From assembly GCA_034521815.1 (NCBI GenBank), contig JAXHLW010000011.1:32001-96000 (forward strand): a stretch of DNA of 64,000 nt, read 5' to 3'. Of the stretch, positions 42,095 to 53,060 are shown one piece after another. This stretch comes from Trueperaceae bacterium. GTDB lineage: Bacteria; Deinococcota; Deinococci; Deinococcales; Trueperaceae. The position numbers were made by a program, and so were the translations under genes. The notes under the pieces are model-generated. The model was not told the origin of the DNA. It saw only the letters and a list, made by a program, of their open reading frames with translations, and did not search any database. Each line of letters opens with the position of its first letter. Position 1 is the stretch's first letter.

Positions 42095-43252
42095 TCACGC
42101 CGCTCCGTGCCGCCGTCCGGGCGGCACGACCGACAGGACGGCGGCCAGCACCGCCGGCGCGGCCGCCGCTACCGTCGCCAGGGGACGTCCCAGCGACGTC
42201 GCGACGACGCCGTAGAGGACCGGGCCGACGGCGAAACCGGCCGCGATGCAGACGATCGTGGCGGTGAAGCCGGTCGTCGGCCGGCCTGGGAACACCTTCT
42301 GGCTCCACATCGCGATGAAGGCGAAGCCGGTGGTGAACGCCACGCCGAACGCCGCGGCGGACCCCAGCGCTCCAGCAGGCGTCCCCGCGAACGCCAGCAG
42401 CGAAGCGAGGGCGGCGACCAAACCCAGCCAGGTGACGGCGAGCGGCCGGCCCAAGGCGAACCGGTCCGCGATTTCGCCGCCGAACGCGCCCACCACACCC
42501 CCGCCCAGTCCGAGCGCACCCCACATGGCGGCCCCGATCCAGGTCGGAAGCCCGGCCGCCTGCGCCGCCTCGGGTGCGTAGGCGAAGTAGGCGCCGGAGG
42601 TCATCGACGCCAGCGCCGCCACCGCGAACAACCGGAGAGCCGCTGGGGCGACCAGGCCGGCCCATCCGTACCCGGCCCTGGTCGCGCGAACCGGCGCACC
42701 GGACGGGAGCACCGCCGCGTTCACGGCGGCCGCGGCCAGGCCGACGAAGGCGAAGGCGGCCCAAGCGAGACGCCAGGAGCTCCCCGTGACGGCGACGAGC
42801 AGGCTGGCGATCAGCAATCCGACCGGAGAGCCGGCGTTCACCAGCGCCAACGCCCGCCGTTGGCGGCCGCGCGGAACCTGCTCCGCGATGGCGTCCGAGT
42901 ACGGGGCCCACGCCCCGCCGGCACTGGTCCCGGCCAGGATCATGCCGATCGCGAACGGCGCGGTCGTCTGTGCTGTGGCGACCAGCACGGCGCCCACGGC
43001 CAGCAGGACGCAGCCGGCGACCACCGGCAGCCGCGGCCCGAAACGCGCCTCGATCACCCCGGTCGCGACGGTCGCGACCAGGTAGCCGAGCTGCGCAGCG
43101 CCGGCCACGTAGCCGATCGTGTCCAGGCCGATCGCGAACTCGGTGCGGAACCACGGTACGAACAGGCCGTACGCTTGCCGACCCAAGCCGTAGGTCGCAG
43201 CCAGGGCCAGCAAGCCGGCCAAGCCGACACGGACGGTGGACCTCTCGGGCAC
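42095..43252 (-). CDS. MFS transporter (YbfB/YjiJ-like)
   Basis: ATYGLGRQAYGLF, QLGYLV, RFGPR; about 12 TM. Confidence 0.8.
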   Translation of the reverse strand: MPERSTVRVGLAGLLALAATYGLGRQAYGLFVPWFRTEFAIGLDTIGYVAGAAQLGYLVATVATGVIEARFGPRLPVVAGCVLLAVGAVLVATAQTTAPFAIGMILAGTSAGGAWAPYSDAIAEQVPRGRQRRALALVNAGSPVGLLIASLLVAVTGSSWRLAWAAFAFVGLAAAAVNAAVLPSGAPVRATRAGYGWAGLVAPAALRLFAVAALASMTSGAYFAYAPEAAQAAGLPTWIGAAMWGALGLGGGVVGAFGGEIADRFALGRPLAVTWLGLVAALASLLAFAGTPAGALGSAAAFGVAFTTGFAFIAMWSQKVFPGRPTTGFTATIVCIAAGFAVGPVLYGVVATSLGRPLATVAAAAPAVLAAVLSVVPPGRRHGAA

Positions 43253-43413
43253 GGACGCTCCCGCCTGCGAGCGACGCTGAAGACCCCACGGACGCCTCGC
43301 ACCGACGAGCGTACCGCGCATCGCCCGCGGGTCGGGACCGGCCCGGGTTCTGCCGGCGCTTCGGCGGCGAGGGGAACGAGGCACGCCCGGGCCGGCGACG
43401 GTGGGGGCGGTGC

Positions 43414-43473
43414 TTGACCTGGCGCCTCGCCGCGCCCTAGCATGGATCCACGCACGAGGTGAAACGTTTCACC
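43414..43473 (+). promoter_or_regulatory. rbs operon promoter and LacI-family operator
   Basis: TTGACC-N18-TAGCAT (43414-43443); perfect palindrome GGTGAAACGTTTCACC at 43458-43473 with the LacI-type AAACGTTT core. Confidence 0.8.
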
Positions 43474-43556
43474 GTCGACGCCGTCGGCTCCTTGACGCGA
43501 CGCTCGGCGGCGAGGCTCGGTGGCGAGGCTCGGACCGTGTCCAAGGAGGACCCAAG

Positions 43557-44570
43557 GTGGCCAAGCTCGAGGACGTGGCACGCGAAGCCGGCGTATCGAT
43601 CGCCAGCGCCTCGTACGCGCTCAGCGGCGGCAAGCCGGTGAGCGCGGCACTCAGGCGCCGCGTGCTGGACGCGGCGACGCGCGTCGGCTACGTCCCGCAC
43701 CGCCAGGCCCGCACCCTCCGGACCGGTCGTAGCCAGACGTTCGGCGTCGTGCTCCCCGACCTCGTCAACCCGTTCTTCACGGCGCTCCTGCAGGCGATCG
43801 AGCGGGCGGCACGCGAAAGCGGCTACGGCACGCTGGTCGCCGGTGGGGGCGGTGACGGCGCCTCCGAAGCGGCGGCGCTGGACCTGCTGGCCGAACACCG
43901 CGTCGACGGGCTGGTGTGGGTTCCCGCCGGCGACCCTGGCGCGATCCCGCAGGTTCCCACCGTCACCGTCGACCGCGCCGCCCCCGACTGCGACGGGGTC
44001 GCTGCCGATCACGACGAGGCCGGCCGGCTGGTGGCCCGCCATCTCAGAGGCGCCGGTCGGCGCCGTCCCGTGGTGCTGCACGGGCCCTCGGACGTTCCCA
44101 CCGCACGGGCCCGGTCCCGAGGCTTCCGGGACGCCTGGACAGGCGAGATCGCCTTCGAGGCCGAGGTGCCGTTCGACCATCGCATTCCTGCCGCCGTGGT
44201 CCGCCGGCTGGCCGACGCCGAAGCCGACTACGACGCCGTGGCGTGCGCGAACGACGCGGTCGCCCTCGGCGTGCTCCGGACCCTTCAACGCAGCGGCCGG
44301 CGCGTGCCGACGCAGGTGGCCGTCGTCGGCGTGGACGACATCGCCTTCGCCGAGCTGGCCGAGCCGCCGCTGACGACCGTACGGCAGCCGGTCGATGCGC
44401 TCGGCGCCGAAGCGGTCCGCCTGCTGACCGACCGCCTGGCCGGCGTCGGCGGGCCGGCGCGCCGCGTGACGCTGCCGGTACGGCTGGTGGTCCGCGCCTC
44501 CAGCCCGGCGTCGCCCGCCGGGGCGGCCAGGACCGACGGCGGGCCCGGCGCCCGGTGGGCCGCACGATGA
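43557..44570 (+). CDS. rbsR: LacI-family repressor of the ribose operon
   Basis: KLEDVAREAGVSIASASYAL HTH, NPFF, PPLTTVRQP; RBS AAGGAGG. Confidence 0.85.
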   Translation: MAKLEDVAREAGVSIASASYALSGGKPVSAALRRRVLDAATRVGYVPHRQARTLRTGRSQTFGVVLPDLVNPFFTALLQAIERAARESGYGTLVAGGGGDGASEAAALDLLAEHRVDGLVWVPAGDPGAIPQVPTVTVDRAAPDCDGVAADHDEAGRLVARHLRGAGRRRPVVLHGPSDVPTARARSRGFRDAWTGEIAFEAEVPFDHRIPAAVVRRLADAEADYDAVACANDAVALGVLRTLQRSGRRVPTQVAVVGVDDIAFAELAEPPLTTVRQPVDALGAEAVRLLTDRLAGVGGPARRVTLPVRLVVRASSPASPAGAARTDGGPGARWAAR

Positions 44571-45475
44571 TCGTCGTGATCGGCAGCCTGAACCTCGATC
44601 TCGTGGCGCGGGTGTCGCGGATGCCGGAGCCGGGCGAGACGGTTCTGGCGCTCGGCTACGACGAGCACGCGGGAGGCAAGGGCGCCAACCAGGCGGTCGC
44701 GGCGGCACGCAGCGGAGGGCGCGTCGCGATGGTGGGCCGCATCGGCCGCGACGAGGCCGGACGACGGCTGCGAGCCGGCCTGGAGGCCGACGGCGTCGAC
44801 GTCGCCGAGGTGCGCGAGGTCGACGCGCCCACGGGACGGGCCCTGATCGAGGTGGACGAGAGCGGGCAGAACCGGATCGTCGTGGTCGCGGGCGCGAACG
44901 CCGCGTGGGGACCGGACGACCTGCCGAGCGCGGCGCTCGACGGCGCCGACCTGATCGTCCTGCAGCGCGAGGTGCCGGACGCCGTCGTCGCCGCCGCCGT
45001 TCGCCGCGGGTCGGCGGCGGGCGCGACGGTGGTGCTCAACCTGGCGCCGGCGGGCGAGGTCGCGGCCGAGGTGCTCGCCGAGGTCGGCGTGCTGATCGTG
45101 AACGAGAGCGAGGCGGGGCACCTTCTGGGCGCCGCCGCCAAGACCGTCGCGGCAGGGCCGGTCGCCGCGGCGGAGCGTCTCGCGGAGCGCTTCGGAGGCG
45201 ACGTCGTGATCACGCTCGGCGCGGACGGCGCCGTGCACGCCGGACGGTCCGGGACCGGCACGGTCGCCGGTCTTCCGGTGCGGGTCGTCGATACGACCGG
45301 TGCCGGCGACGCCTTCGTGGGGGCGCTCGCGGCTCGCCTGGACGACGGGGCTGCGCTGGCCGACGCGGTGCGGTTCGGCTGCGCGGCCGGCGCCCAGGCG
45401 ACCACGCGGGCAGGCGCCCAGTCGTCGCTGCCGACCCGCGACGAGATCCGGGCTCGCTTGGGAGAGGACGACTGA
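44567..45475 (+). CDS. rbsK: Ribokinase
   Basis: GSLNLD, GGKGANQAVAAAR, NESEA, DTTGAGDAF. Confidence 0.93.
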   Translation: MIVVIGSLNLDLVARVSRMPEPGETVLALGYDEHAGGKGANQAVAAARSGGRVAMVGRIGRDEAGRRLRAGLEADGVDVAEVREVDAPTGRALIEVDESGQNRIVVVAGANAAWGPDDLPSAALDGADLIVLQREVPDAVVAAAVRRGSAAGATVVLNLAPAGEVAAEVLAEVGVLIVNESEAGHLLGAAAKTVAAGPVAAAERLAERFGGDVVITLGADGAVHAGRSGTGTVAGLPVRVVDTTGAGDAFVGALAARLDDGAALADAVRFGCAAGAQATTRAGAQSSLPTRDEIRARLGEDD

Positions 45476-46920
45476 TGCTCGCGATGCACGACATCGTGGG
45501 GCGCTTCGGCGGCGTGCTGGCCCTGAGCGGGGTCGACTTCGAGCTTCGTCAGGGCGAGGTCCACGCGCTGGTCGGCGAGAACGGGGCGGGCAAGTCGACG
45601 CTGATGAAGATCCTCTCCGGCGTTCAGCCCCCCAGCGAGGGCCGGATCGTCCTCGACGACCGACCGGTCGCCTTCCGCGGCGTCCACGACGCCCAGGCAG
45701 CGGGTCTGGCGATGGTCTACCAGGAGCTGGCGCTCGTCCCCCACCTCACCGTGGCCGAGAATCTGTTCCTCGGCCGCCTCTCGCCTTGGGTCCGACACCG
45801 CGATCTGGCGAAACGAGCGAGAGGGCTGCTCGCGGAGGCGGAGCTCGACCTCGATCCGACCAGGCCCGTCTCGTCGCTGCCGATCGGCGAGCAGCAGCTG
45901 GTCGAGATCGCCAAGGCCCTCGGACGACGAAGCCGCGTGCTGATCCTCGACGAGCCCACCGCCGCGCTGTCGTCGCAGGAGACCGACCGACTGTTCAAGA
46001 TCCTGAGGCGGCTGAGGGAGGGCGGGACCAGCATCGTCTACATCTCGCACCGGCTGGAGGAGATCTTCGCCATCGCCGACCGCGTCACGGTGCTCCGGGA
46101 CGGAGCACGGGTCGCCACGCACGACGTCGCCGAGGTGGACGCCGATCGGATCGTCACGGACATGGTCGGCCGCGAGGTGGCGCGTTTCCACCGCGACGGC
46201 ACGCGACGGGACGCCGTGCGGGCGCGGTTCTCGTACCACGCGCCGGGCCTGGACGCCGGCGAGCTGGTGCTGCACGAGGGCGAGATCGTGGGAGCGGCCG
46301 GCGTGACCGGCTCGGGCCGCAGCCGTCTCTGTCGCACGCTCTTCGGCGCCGACGGCGAGGCCACGCTGGACGGAGCGCAGGTCCGCTCGCCGCGGAACGC
46401 GCTGGATCGCGGCGTGGCCTACGTGCCCGAGGACCGCAAGGGCGAGGGCCTGTCGCTGATCGCCAGCGTCGAGGCGAACCTCGGTCACGCCATCCTGCCG
46501 ACCCTCGCGCGCGTCGGCGTGATGCGCCCCGGCGCCGAGCGTGCCAACGCACGGACCTGGATCGAGCGGCTCGGCATTCGCCCGCCCGAGCCGGCGAAGG
46601 AGGTCGGCACCCTGTCCGGCGGCAATCAGCAGAAGGTCGTCGTCGGCAAGGGACTCGCGTCGGGACCGCGCGTGCTGCTGATGGACGAGCCGACGCGCGG
46701 CGTCGACGTCGGCGCGCGCGGCGAGCTGTACGAGGTCCTCGACGAGCTCGCCCGCGAGGGGCTGTCGCTGGTGCTGGCCTCGAGCGACACCGACGAGCTG
46801 ATCCAGATCTGCGACCGCATCCTGGTGTTCAGGCACGGTACGGTCGCCGTCACCCTGCACGCTCCCTTCGACCGCGAGGAGGTGGTCGCCCATGTCACCG
46901 GCGCGCGCATCGTGGCGTGA
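45475..46920 (+). CDS. rbsA: Ribose ABC transporter ATP-binding protein
   Basis: GENGAGKSTL, DEPT, LSGGNQQKV, DEPTRGVDVGA. Confidence 0.88.
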   Translation: MLAMHDIVGRFGGVLALSGVDFELRQGEVHALVGENGAGKSTLMKILSGVQPPSEGRIVLDDRPVAFRGVHDAQAAGLAMVYQELALVPHLTVAENLFLGRLSPWVRHRDLAKRARGLLAEAELDLDPTRPVSSLPIGEQQLVEIAKALGRRSRVLILDEPTAALSSQETDRLFKILRRLREGGTSIVYISHRLEEIFAIADRVTVLRDGARVATHDVAEVDADRIVTDMVGREVARFHRDGTRRDAVRARFSYHAPGLDAGELVLHEGEIVGAAGVTGSGRSRLCRTLFGADGEATLDGAQVRSPRNALDRGVAYVPEDRKGEGLSLIASVEANLGHAILPTLARVGVMRPGAERANARTWIERLGIRPPEPAKEVGTLSGGNQQKVVVGKGLASGPRVLLMDEPTRGVDVGARGELYEVLDELAREGLSLVLASSDTDELIQICDRILVFRHGTVAVTLHAPFDREEVVAHVTGARIVA

Positions 46921-47842
46921 GTGGCTGGCCCGTTTCGGGCTGGTCCTCGCGCTGCTCGCCCTGATCGCAGTGCTGTCGTTGCTGTCCGACCGCTTCATGT
47001 CGGTCCCCAATTTGCTCAACGTGCTGCGCCAGATCGCCATCAACGCCCTGATCGCGTTCGGGATGACCACCGTGATCCTCGGGCGCGGCATCGATCTGTC
47101 GGTGGGGTCGCTGCTGGCCTTCGTCGGCGTGGTCACCGCCACGCTGGCGGTGCAGGGCGTGCCCGCCTGGCTGGCGATCGTGGCCGGTCTGGCGGTGGGA
47201 ACGGGCCTGGGCGCCATCAACGGCGCGTTCGTGGCCTACGCCGGGATCGCCCCGTTCATCGTGACGTTGGCCGGATTGACGATCTTCCGCGGCATGGCTC
47301 TCGCCTTCACCGACGGGCGACCCGTCACCGGTCTGCCGCCGCTGTTCTCGGGCATCGGCTACGGCACCTTCCTGGGCCTGCCGATGCCGGTCTGGATCAT
47401 GCTGGCGTTCTTGTTCCTCACCCATTTCCTGCTGCGGAACACGGCGCTCGGTCGCGCGATCTACGCGATCGGCGGCAACGAAGAAGCCGCCCGCCTCGCC
47501 GGCATCCCCGTTCGGCGGGTGACGGCGTTCACCTACGCGTTCAGCGGGTTCGCGGCCGCCCTCGCGGCCGTCGTGCTGACCGGTCGCCTCAACTCGGCCC
47601 AGCCCACCGCCGGCGTGATGTTCGAGCTCGACGCCATCGCGGCCGTCGTGGTCGGCGGCACCTCGCTGTTCGGAGGTCGGGGCGGGGTGTTCGGCACGTT
47701 GGTCGGTGCGCTGATCATCGGCGTGATCAACAACGGCATGAACCTCCTGAACGTTCCGAGCTTCTACCAGCAGATCGTGAAGGGAGGTGTGATCCTGGCC
47801 GCGCTGCTCATCGACCGAGCTTTGACCGCCCGCCGAACCTGA
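46892..47842 (+). CDS. rbsC: Ribose ABC transporter permease
   Basis: GIDLSVGS, GGNEEAARLAGI, ELDAIAAVVVGGTSL. Confidence 0.88.
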   Translation: MSPARASWREWLARFGLVLALLALIAVLSLLSDRFMSVPNLLNVLRQIAINALIAFGMTTVILGRGIDLSVGSLLAFVGVVTATLAVQGVPAWLAIVAGLAVGTGLGAINGAFVAYAGIAPFIVTLAGLTIFRGMALAFTDGRPVTGLPPLFSGIGYGTFLGLPMPVWIMLAFLFLTHFLLRNTALGRAIYAIGGNEEAARLAGIPVRRVTAFTYAFSGFAAALAAVVLTGRLNSAQPTAGVMFELDAIAAVVVGGTSLFGGRGGVFGTLVGALIIGVINNGMNLLNVPSFYQQIVKGGVILAALLIDRALTARRT

Positions 47843-47886
47843 ACGCTCGCCTCGGGCGCCGACCGGTGCCCGGAAACGGAGATTCC

Positions 47887-48777
47887 ATGCGACGCATCGC
47901 ACTCGTTTTGGCCGCCACCCTGCTCGGCGCCGCCCTGGCGCAAGGCACCGTGGGGCTGTCCCTCTCCACCCTGAACAACCCGTTCTTCGTGACCCTGCGC
48001 GACGGCGCCCAGGCGGCCGCCGACGACGCCGGCCTGAACCTGCTCGTGACCGACGCGCAGGACAGCGTGAGCACCCAGGTCTCCGACATCGAGGACCTGA
48101 TCATTCGCGGCGTGGACGTGCTGATCATCAACGCGACCGACGCTGCGGCCGTCGTCCCCGCGGTCATGCAGGCCAATCAGGCCGGCATTCCCGTCATCGC
48201 GGTCGACCGTGGCATCGACGGTGGCGAGCTCGCCTACTACGTCGCGTCCGACAACGCCGCCGGCGGCCGGGCCGCAGCGGAGCACATCTGCGAGGCCCTC
48301 GGCGGCGAAGGCGACGTCGTCGAGCTCGAGGGGATCCCCGGAACGACCGCCGCACGCGCCCGCGGCGCCGGGTTCAACGCCTACCTGAGCGAATCGTGCG
48401 CCGGTCTGACGGTCGTGGCCCGCCAGACCGCCAACTTCAACCGCGCCGAGGGCCTGAGCGTGATGGAGAACATCCTGGTCGCCCAGCCCGAGATCGACGC
48501 CGTCTTCGCCCACAACGACGAGATGGCGCTGGGCGCCTTGCAGGCGATCCAAGCGAGCGGCCGCGACATCATGGTCGTCGGGTTCGACGCGACCGACGAC
48601 GCGCGGGCCTCGGTCGAGGCGTGCGAGATGGAGGCCACCGTCGCCCAGCTGCCTGACCAACTCGGGGCGACCGCCGTCGAGCTGGCGGCCGACCTGATCG
48701 CCGGTGAGGCGGCGCCCGCCGAGGTCGAGAACGTGGCGGTCGCGCTCGAGCTGGTCACCGAGCCGGCCTGCGACTGA
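47887..48777 (+). CDS. rbsB: Ribose ABC transporter substrate-binding protein
   Basis: Signal peptide, STLNNPFF, ASDN, AHNDEMALGA, GFD. Confidence 0.9.
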   Translation: MRRIALVLAATLLGAALAQGTVGLSLSTLNNPFFVTLRDGAQAAADDAGLNLLVTDAQDSVSTQVSDIEDLIIRGVDVLIINATDAAAVVPAVMQANQAGIPVIAVDRGIDGGELAYYVASDNAAGGRAAAEHICEALGGEGDVVELEGIPGTTAARARGAGFNAYLSESCAGLTVVARQTANFNRAEGLSVMENILVAQPEIDAVFAHNDEMALGALQAIQASGRDIMVVGFDATDDARASVEACEMEATVAQLPDQLGATAVELAADLIAGEAAPAEVENVAVALELVTEPACD

Positions 48778-48784
48778 CGTCGCG

Positions 48785-49183
48785 ATGAAGGCCGCCGGTC
48801 TGCTGCACGCCGAGCTGTCGCGGATCGTCGCGTCGCTCGGGCATGGCGACACGGTGGTGATCGCCGACGCCGGCCTGCCGGTCCCCTCGGGCGTGCCGGT
48901 CGTCGACCTCGCGGTCGCCCCCGGCGTGCCGTCGCATCTCGCGGTGCTGCGCGCCGTGCTCGGCGAGCTGGTCGTCGAGCGCGGCCTGGCCAACGCCGAA
49001 CAGTCGACGGTCGTGCCCGAGGCGGCTGCGGCCCTGGATGCCGCCTGGCCGGACGACGTGCCTCTGGAGCGCATCGATCACGAGACGCTGAAGCTGCGCT
49101 CCCGCTCGGCCCGGGCGATCGTCCGGACCGGCGAGTTCACGCCGTACGCCAACGTGATCGTGGTGGCGGGCGTGCCGTTCTGA
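48785..49183 (+). CDS. rbsD: D-ribose pyranase
   Basis: LGHGDTVVIADAGLP, RTGEFTPYANVI..GVPF. Confidence 0.93.
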   Translation: MKAAGLLHAELSRIVASLGHGDTVVIADAGLPVPSGVPVVDLAVAPGVPSHLAVLRAVLGELVVERGLANAEQSTVVPEAAAALDAAWPDDVPLERIDHETLKLRSRSARAIVRTGEFTPYANVIVVAGVPF

Positions 49184-49354
49184 CCTTGCGTCGCACGCGC
49201 TGCGCCGCGCGCCCTGCCCACCTGCACGTCCATGCTCCCCGGCGAGGCTCGCCGGGGAGCCGATCTCTTGGCGCATCGGAACGACCGCGACCACCGTGGT
49301 CTCGCGAACAGGCGGTAGGCGCTCGCTCGGAGCGGCGTTCCACGCGCCTCGACC

Positions 49355-49777
49355 TCAGTGGTCTTCGGCCGCGTCTCCTTCCGCCTTCGTGGCGTGAACG
49401 GTGCCGTGCGGATGCTCGGGTGGCGCGTAGATCGAGTAGATCTTCAGGGGCTCGTCGCCGACGTTGGTGATGTTGTGCCACTTTCCGGCCGGGACGAGCA
49501 CGACCCAGTCGTCCCCGATCTCCTGATCGAAGTCGAGGTCGTCCTCGGCGTCGCCCATCTGGACGCGACCTTTGCCCTCCTCGATGCGGAGGAACTGGTC
49601 GATCTCCTGGTGCACTTCGAGGCCGATCTCGCCGCCCACGGGAATGCTCATGAGCGTCAGCTGGAGGTTCGTGCCGGTCCACAGCGCCGTACGGTAGTTC
49701 GGGTTCTCGACCGTGGCCGTCTCGATGTTGACCGTGTAGGGGCTGGGCCCGTGATCCTTGAGCTGGACGTCCGCCAT
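49355..49777 (-). CDS. Cupin domain protein
   Basis: EIGLEVH..DQFLRIEEG, VPAGKWHN, YAPPEH. Confidence 0.9.
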   Translation of the reverse strand: MADVQLKDHGPSPYTVNIETATVENPNYRTALWTGTNLQLTLMSIPVGGEIGLEVHQEIDQFLRIEEGKGRVQMGDAEDDLDFDQEIGDDWVVLVPAGKWHNITNVGDEPLKIYSIYAPPEHPHGTVHATKAEGDAAEDH

Positions 49778-49906
49778 GGCTCCTCCTTGGAATGAAACGT
49801 TGGCGGCCCGCTCCCCCTTCGGTTCGGACTTCATTGTAGCGCGCGACGGATGCGCCCTTGCCCTCGGACTGGGGGACGTTCGCCTCTGATCTCGGAGCCG
49901 GCATGC

Positions 49907-49924
49907 TGGTGCAATGTTTCACAT
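49907..49924 (+). promoter_or_regulatory. Rex-like operator overlapping the pflB start
   Basis: TGGTGCA-ATGT-TTCACAT versus Rex consensus TTGTGAA-N4-TTCACAA (11/14). Confidence 0.5.
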
Positions 49925-52206
49925 GAGTCGTTCCGCACTTCTTACCCCCACCCCCGACGTCCCCGTCGACCCGCCCTCGGGACTCGACGCCTGGCGCGGC
50001 TTCGCCCCCGGTCCCTGGACCGAGGGCATCCACGTTCGAGACTTCATTCAGCGCAACTACGCCGTCTACGAGGGCGACGCCGCCTTCCTGGCGCCCGCCA
50101 CCGAACGCACCCGCGCCCTGTGGAAGCGCCTCGGCCTGCTGTTCGAAGAGGAGCGCCGCCGCGGCGTCCTCGACGTGTCGCAGGTGCCCAGCAGCATCAC
50201 CGCGCACCAGCCCGGCTACATCGACCGGGACGCCGAGCTGATCACCGGCCTGCAGACCGACGCGCCGCTCAAACGTGCCATCTTCCCCAACGGCGGCTTC
50301 CGCATGGTCGAGGCGGGCCTCACCGCCTACGGCTACGAGGTCGATCCCGGTCCTCCGCGAGATCTTCACCAAGTACCGCAAATCGCACAACGACGGCGTC
50401 TTCGACGCCTACACGCCCGAGATCCTGGCGGCGCGCCGCTCCGGCATCGTCACCGGCCTGCCCGACGCCTACGGCCGCGGCCGCATCATCGGCGACTACC
50501 GGCGCGTGCCGCTCTACGGCGTCGACCGTCTGATCGAGGCGAAGAAGGCCGAGAAGGCCGGCCTCGACGGGGTCCCCGCCAGCGACGCCGTGATCCGCGA
50601 CCGCGAGGAGCTGTCCGAGCAGATCCGCGCGCTGAAGGAGCTCGAGGAGATGGCCGCCGGCTACGGCTACGACCTCTCCGGTCCGGCCACCACGGCGCGC
50701 GAGGCGATCCAGTGGCTCTACTTCGCGTACCTGGCCGCCGTCAAGGAACAGAACGGCGCGGCGATGTCGCTGGGCCGCACCTCGACCTTCCTGGACGTCT
50801 ACCTGCAGCGCGACATCGAGGCGGGCCTCCTCACCGAAACAGGGGCGCAGGAGCTGATCGACGACTTCGTGATCAAGCTGCGCATCGTGCGCTTCCTGCG
50901 CACCAAGGAGTACGACGCCCTGTTCTCGGGCGACCCGACCTGGGTCACCGAGGTGATCGGCGGCGTGGGCCTGGACGGACGGCCGCTGGTGACCAAGACC
51001 AGCTTCCGCTTCCTGAACACGCTGCGCACCCTGGGTCCGGCGCCCGAGCCCAACCTGACGGTGTTCTGGTCGCCCGCGCTGCCGGACGGCTTCAAGCGCT
51101 TCTGCGCCGAGCTCTCGATCGAGACCAGCTCCATCCAGTACGAGAGCGACGAGCTGATGCGCCCCAGCTACGGCGACGACACCGGCATCGCGTGCTGCGT
51201 CTCGGCCATGGAGCTGGGCAAGCAGATGCAGTTCTTCGGCGCGCGGGTCAACCTGGCCAAGTGCCTCCTCTACGCCCTCAACGGCGGCCGCGACGAGATC
51301 ACCGGCGACCAGGTCGGCCCCGCGATGGAGCCGCTGCAGGGCGACGTGCTGGACGCGAGCGAGGTGCGTGAGCGCTTCGACCGCATGATGGACTGGCTGG
51401 CGGACGTGTACGTCGGCGCCATGAACGTCATCCACTACATGCACGACAAGTACGCCTACGAGCGGATCGAGATGGCGCTTCACGACTACGATCCCAAGCG
51501 CACGATGGCGTTCGGCGTGGCCGGCCTGTCGGTGGTCGCCGACAGCCTCTCGGCCATCGCCAACGCCCAGGTGCGACCCATCCGGGACGAGAGCGGCCTG
51601 ATCGTCGACTTCGAGACGACGGGCGACTTCCCGACCTTCGGCAACAACGACGACCGGGTCGACGCGGTCGCCTCGGACGTTCTGGCGACGTTCATGGAGA
51701 AGCTGCGCCAGCGGCCCACCTACAGGGACGCCGTCCACACGCAGTCCGTCCTGACGATCACCTCCAACGTGGTGTACGGCAAGTACACCGGCAACACGCC
51801 CGACGGCCGTCGCCGCGGCGAGCCGTTCGCGCCGGGCGCCAACCCGATGCACGGCCGCGACGAGCACGGCTTCCTGGCCTCCGCGCTGTCGGTCGCCAAG
51901 CTGCCCTACGAGCACGCCCAGGACGGCATCTCGTTCACCGCCAGCCTGGTGCCGGACGGCCTGGGCGCGACGCGCGACGAGCGGGTCACCAACCTCTCGA
52001 ACGTGCTGGACGCCTACTTCACCGAGAGCGGCTTCCACGTCAACATCAACGTCCTGGACCGCGAGACGCTGCTCGACGCGATGGACCACCCGGAGAACTA
52101 CCCGCAGCTGACGATCCGCGTCTCGGGCTACGCGGTCAACTTCGTCAAGCTGACGCGAGAGCAGCAGCTGGACGTCGTCAACCGGACGTACCACGGACGG
52201 ATGTAG
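49923..52206 (+). CDS. pflB: Pyruvate formate-lyase, frameshift near 50345
   Basis: [25 protein letters not shown], active-site IACCVS, glycyl-radical loop TIRVSGYAV. Confidence 0.95.
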
Positions 52207-52213
52207 TCCGGCC

Positions 52214-53047
52214 GTGGAGAGCGTCTGCCCCGCCCTCGCCTCGGCGCGCAGCCCTGCGCCCTCGGCCCGCGCTGACGCGCGGACCGAGGGCGAGCTGGTC
52301 AAGGGAGGGGTGGGCCAGGGCGAGGTGGGCTACGTCCATTCGTTCCAGACCGGCTCGGCGGTGGACGGGCCGGGCCTGCGCTTCGTGCTGTGGACGACCG
52401 GCTGCCTGATGCGGTGCCTGTACTGCCACAACCCGGACACGTGGGACCTGAAGCACGGCCGTCCCCTTACGCTGGACGAGATGATGGCCGAGATCGAGAA
52501 GTACGAGCGCGCCTTGAAGATCACGGGCGGGGGCGTCACGGTGAGCGGTGGCGAGCCGCTGGTGCAGGCACCGTTCGTGACGCGGCTCCTTCGCGCCTGC
52601 AAGGAGCGCGGCCTGCACACCGTGCTGGACACCAACGGCTACCTCGGCGACCGCATCAGCGACGACGGGCTGAACGACGTCGACCTGGTCCTGCTGGACG
52701 TCAAGTCGTTCGACGCGGCCACGCACCAGCACGTCACCGGCATGGGCGTCGACGCCGTGCTGCGGTTCGCGCGGCGCCTCTCCGACGCCGGGAAGCCCGC
52801 CTGGATCCGCTTCGTCCTGGTTCCCGGCCTCACCGACGCGCCCGACAACGTCGACCGCCTCGCCGGCTTCGTCGCGACCTTGGGCAACGTCGAGCGCGTC
52901 GAGGTCCTCCCGTTTCACCAGATGGGCGCCGACAAGTGGACCCTCCTGGGCCGTCCCTATCCGCTGGCCGACACCGCACCCCCCGACCGGGCGCTGATCG
53001 CCCGCGTCGAATCCCAGTTCGCGGCGCACGGGCTGCCCGTTCGCTAG
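52214..53047 (+). CDS. pflA: Pyruvate formate-lyase activating enzyme (radical SAM)
   Basis: VDGPGLRFV, GCLMRCLYCHNPDT, SGGEP, LDTNG, LPFHQMG. Confidence 0.95.
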   Translation: MESVCPALASARSPAPSARADARTEGELVKGGVGQGEVGYVHSFQTGSAVDGPGLRFVLWTTGCLMRCLYCHNPDTWDLKHGRPLTLDEMMAEIEKYERALKITGGGVTVSGGEPLVQAPFVTRLLRACKERGLHTVLDTNGYLGDRISDDGLNDVDLVLLDVKSFDAATHQHVTGMGVDAVLRFARRLSDAGKPAWIRFVLVPGLTDAPDNVDRLAGFVATLGNVERVEVLPFHQMGADKWTLLGRPYPLADTAPPDRALIARVESQFAAHGLPVR

Positions 53048-53060
53048 CCGGAGCCCCTCC

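Noticed and set aside
43414-49183. Ribose operon as a novel system
   Set aside because: Standard rbsRKACBD gene set with a canonical LacI operator.
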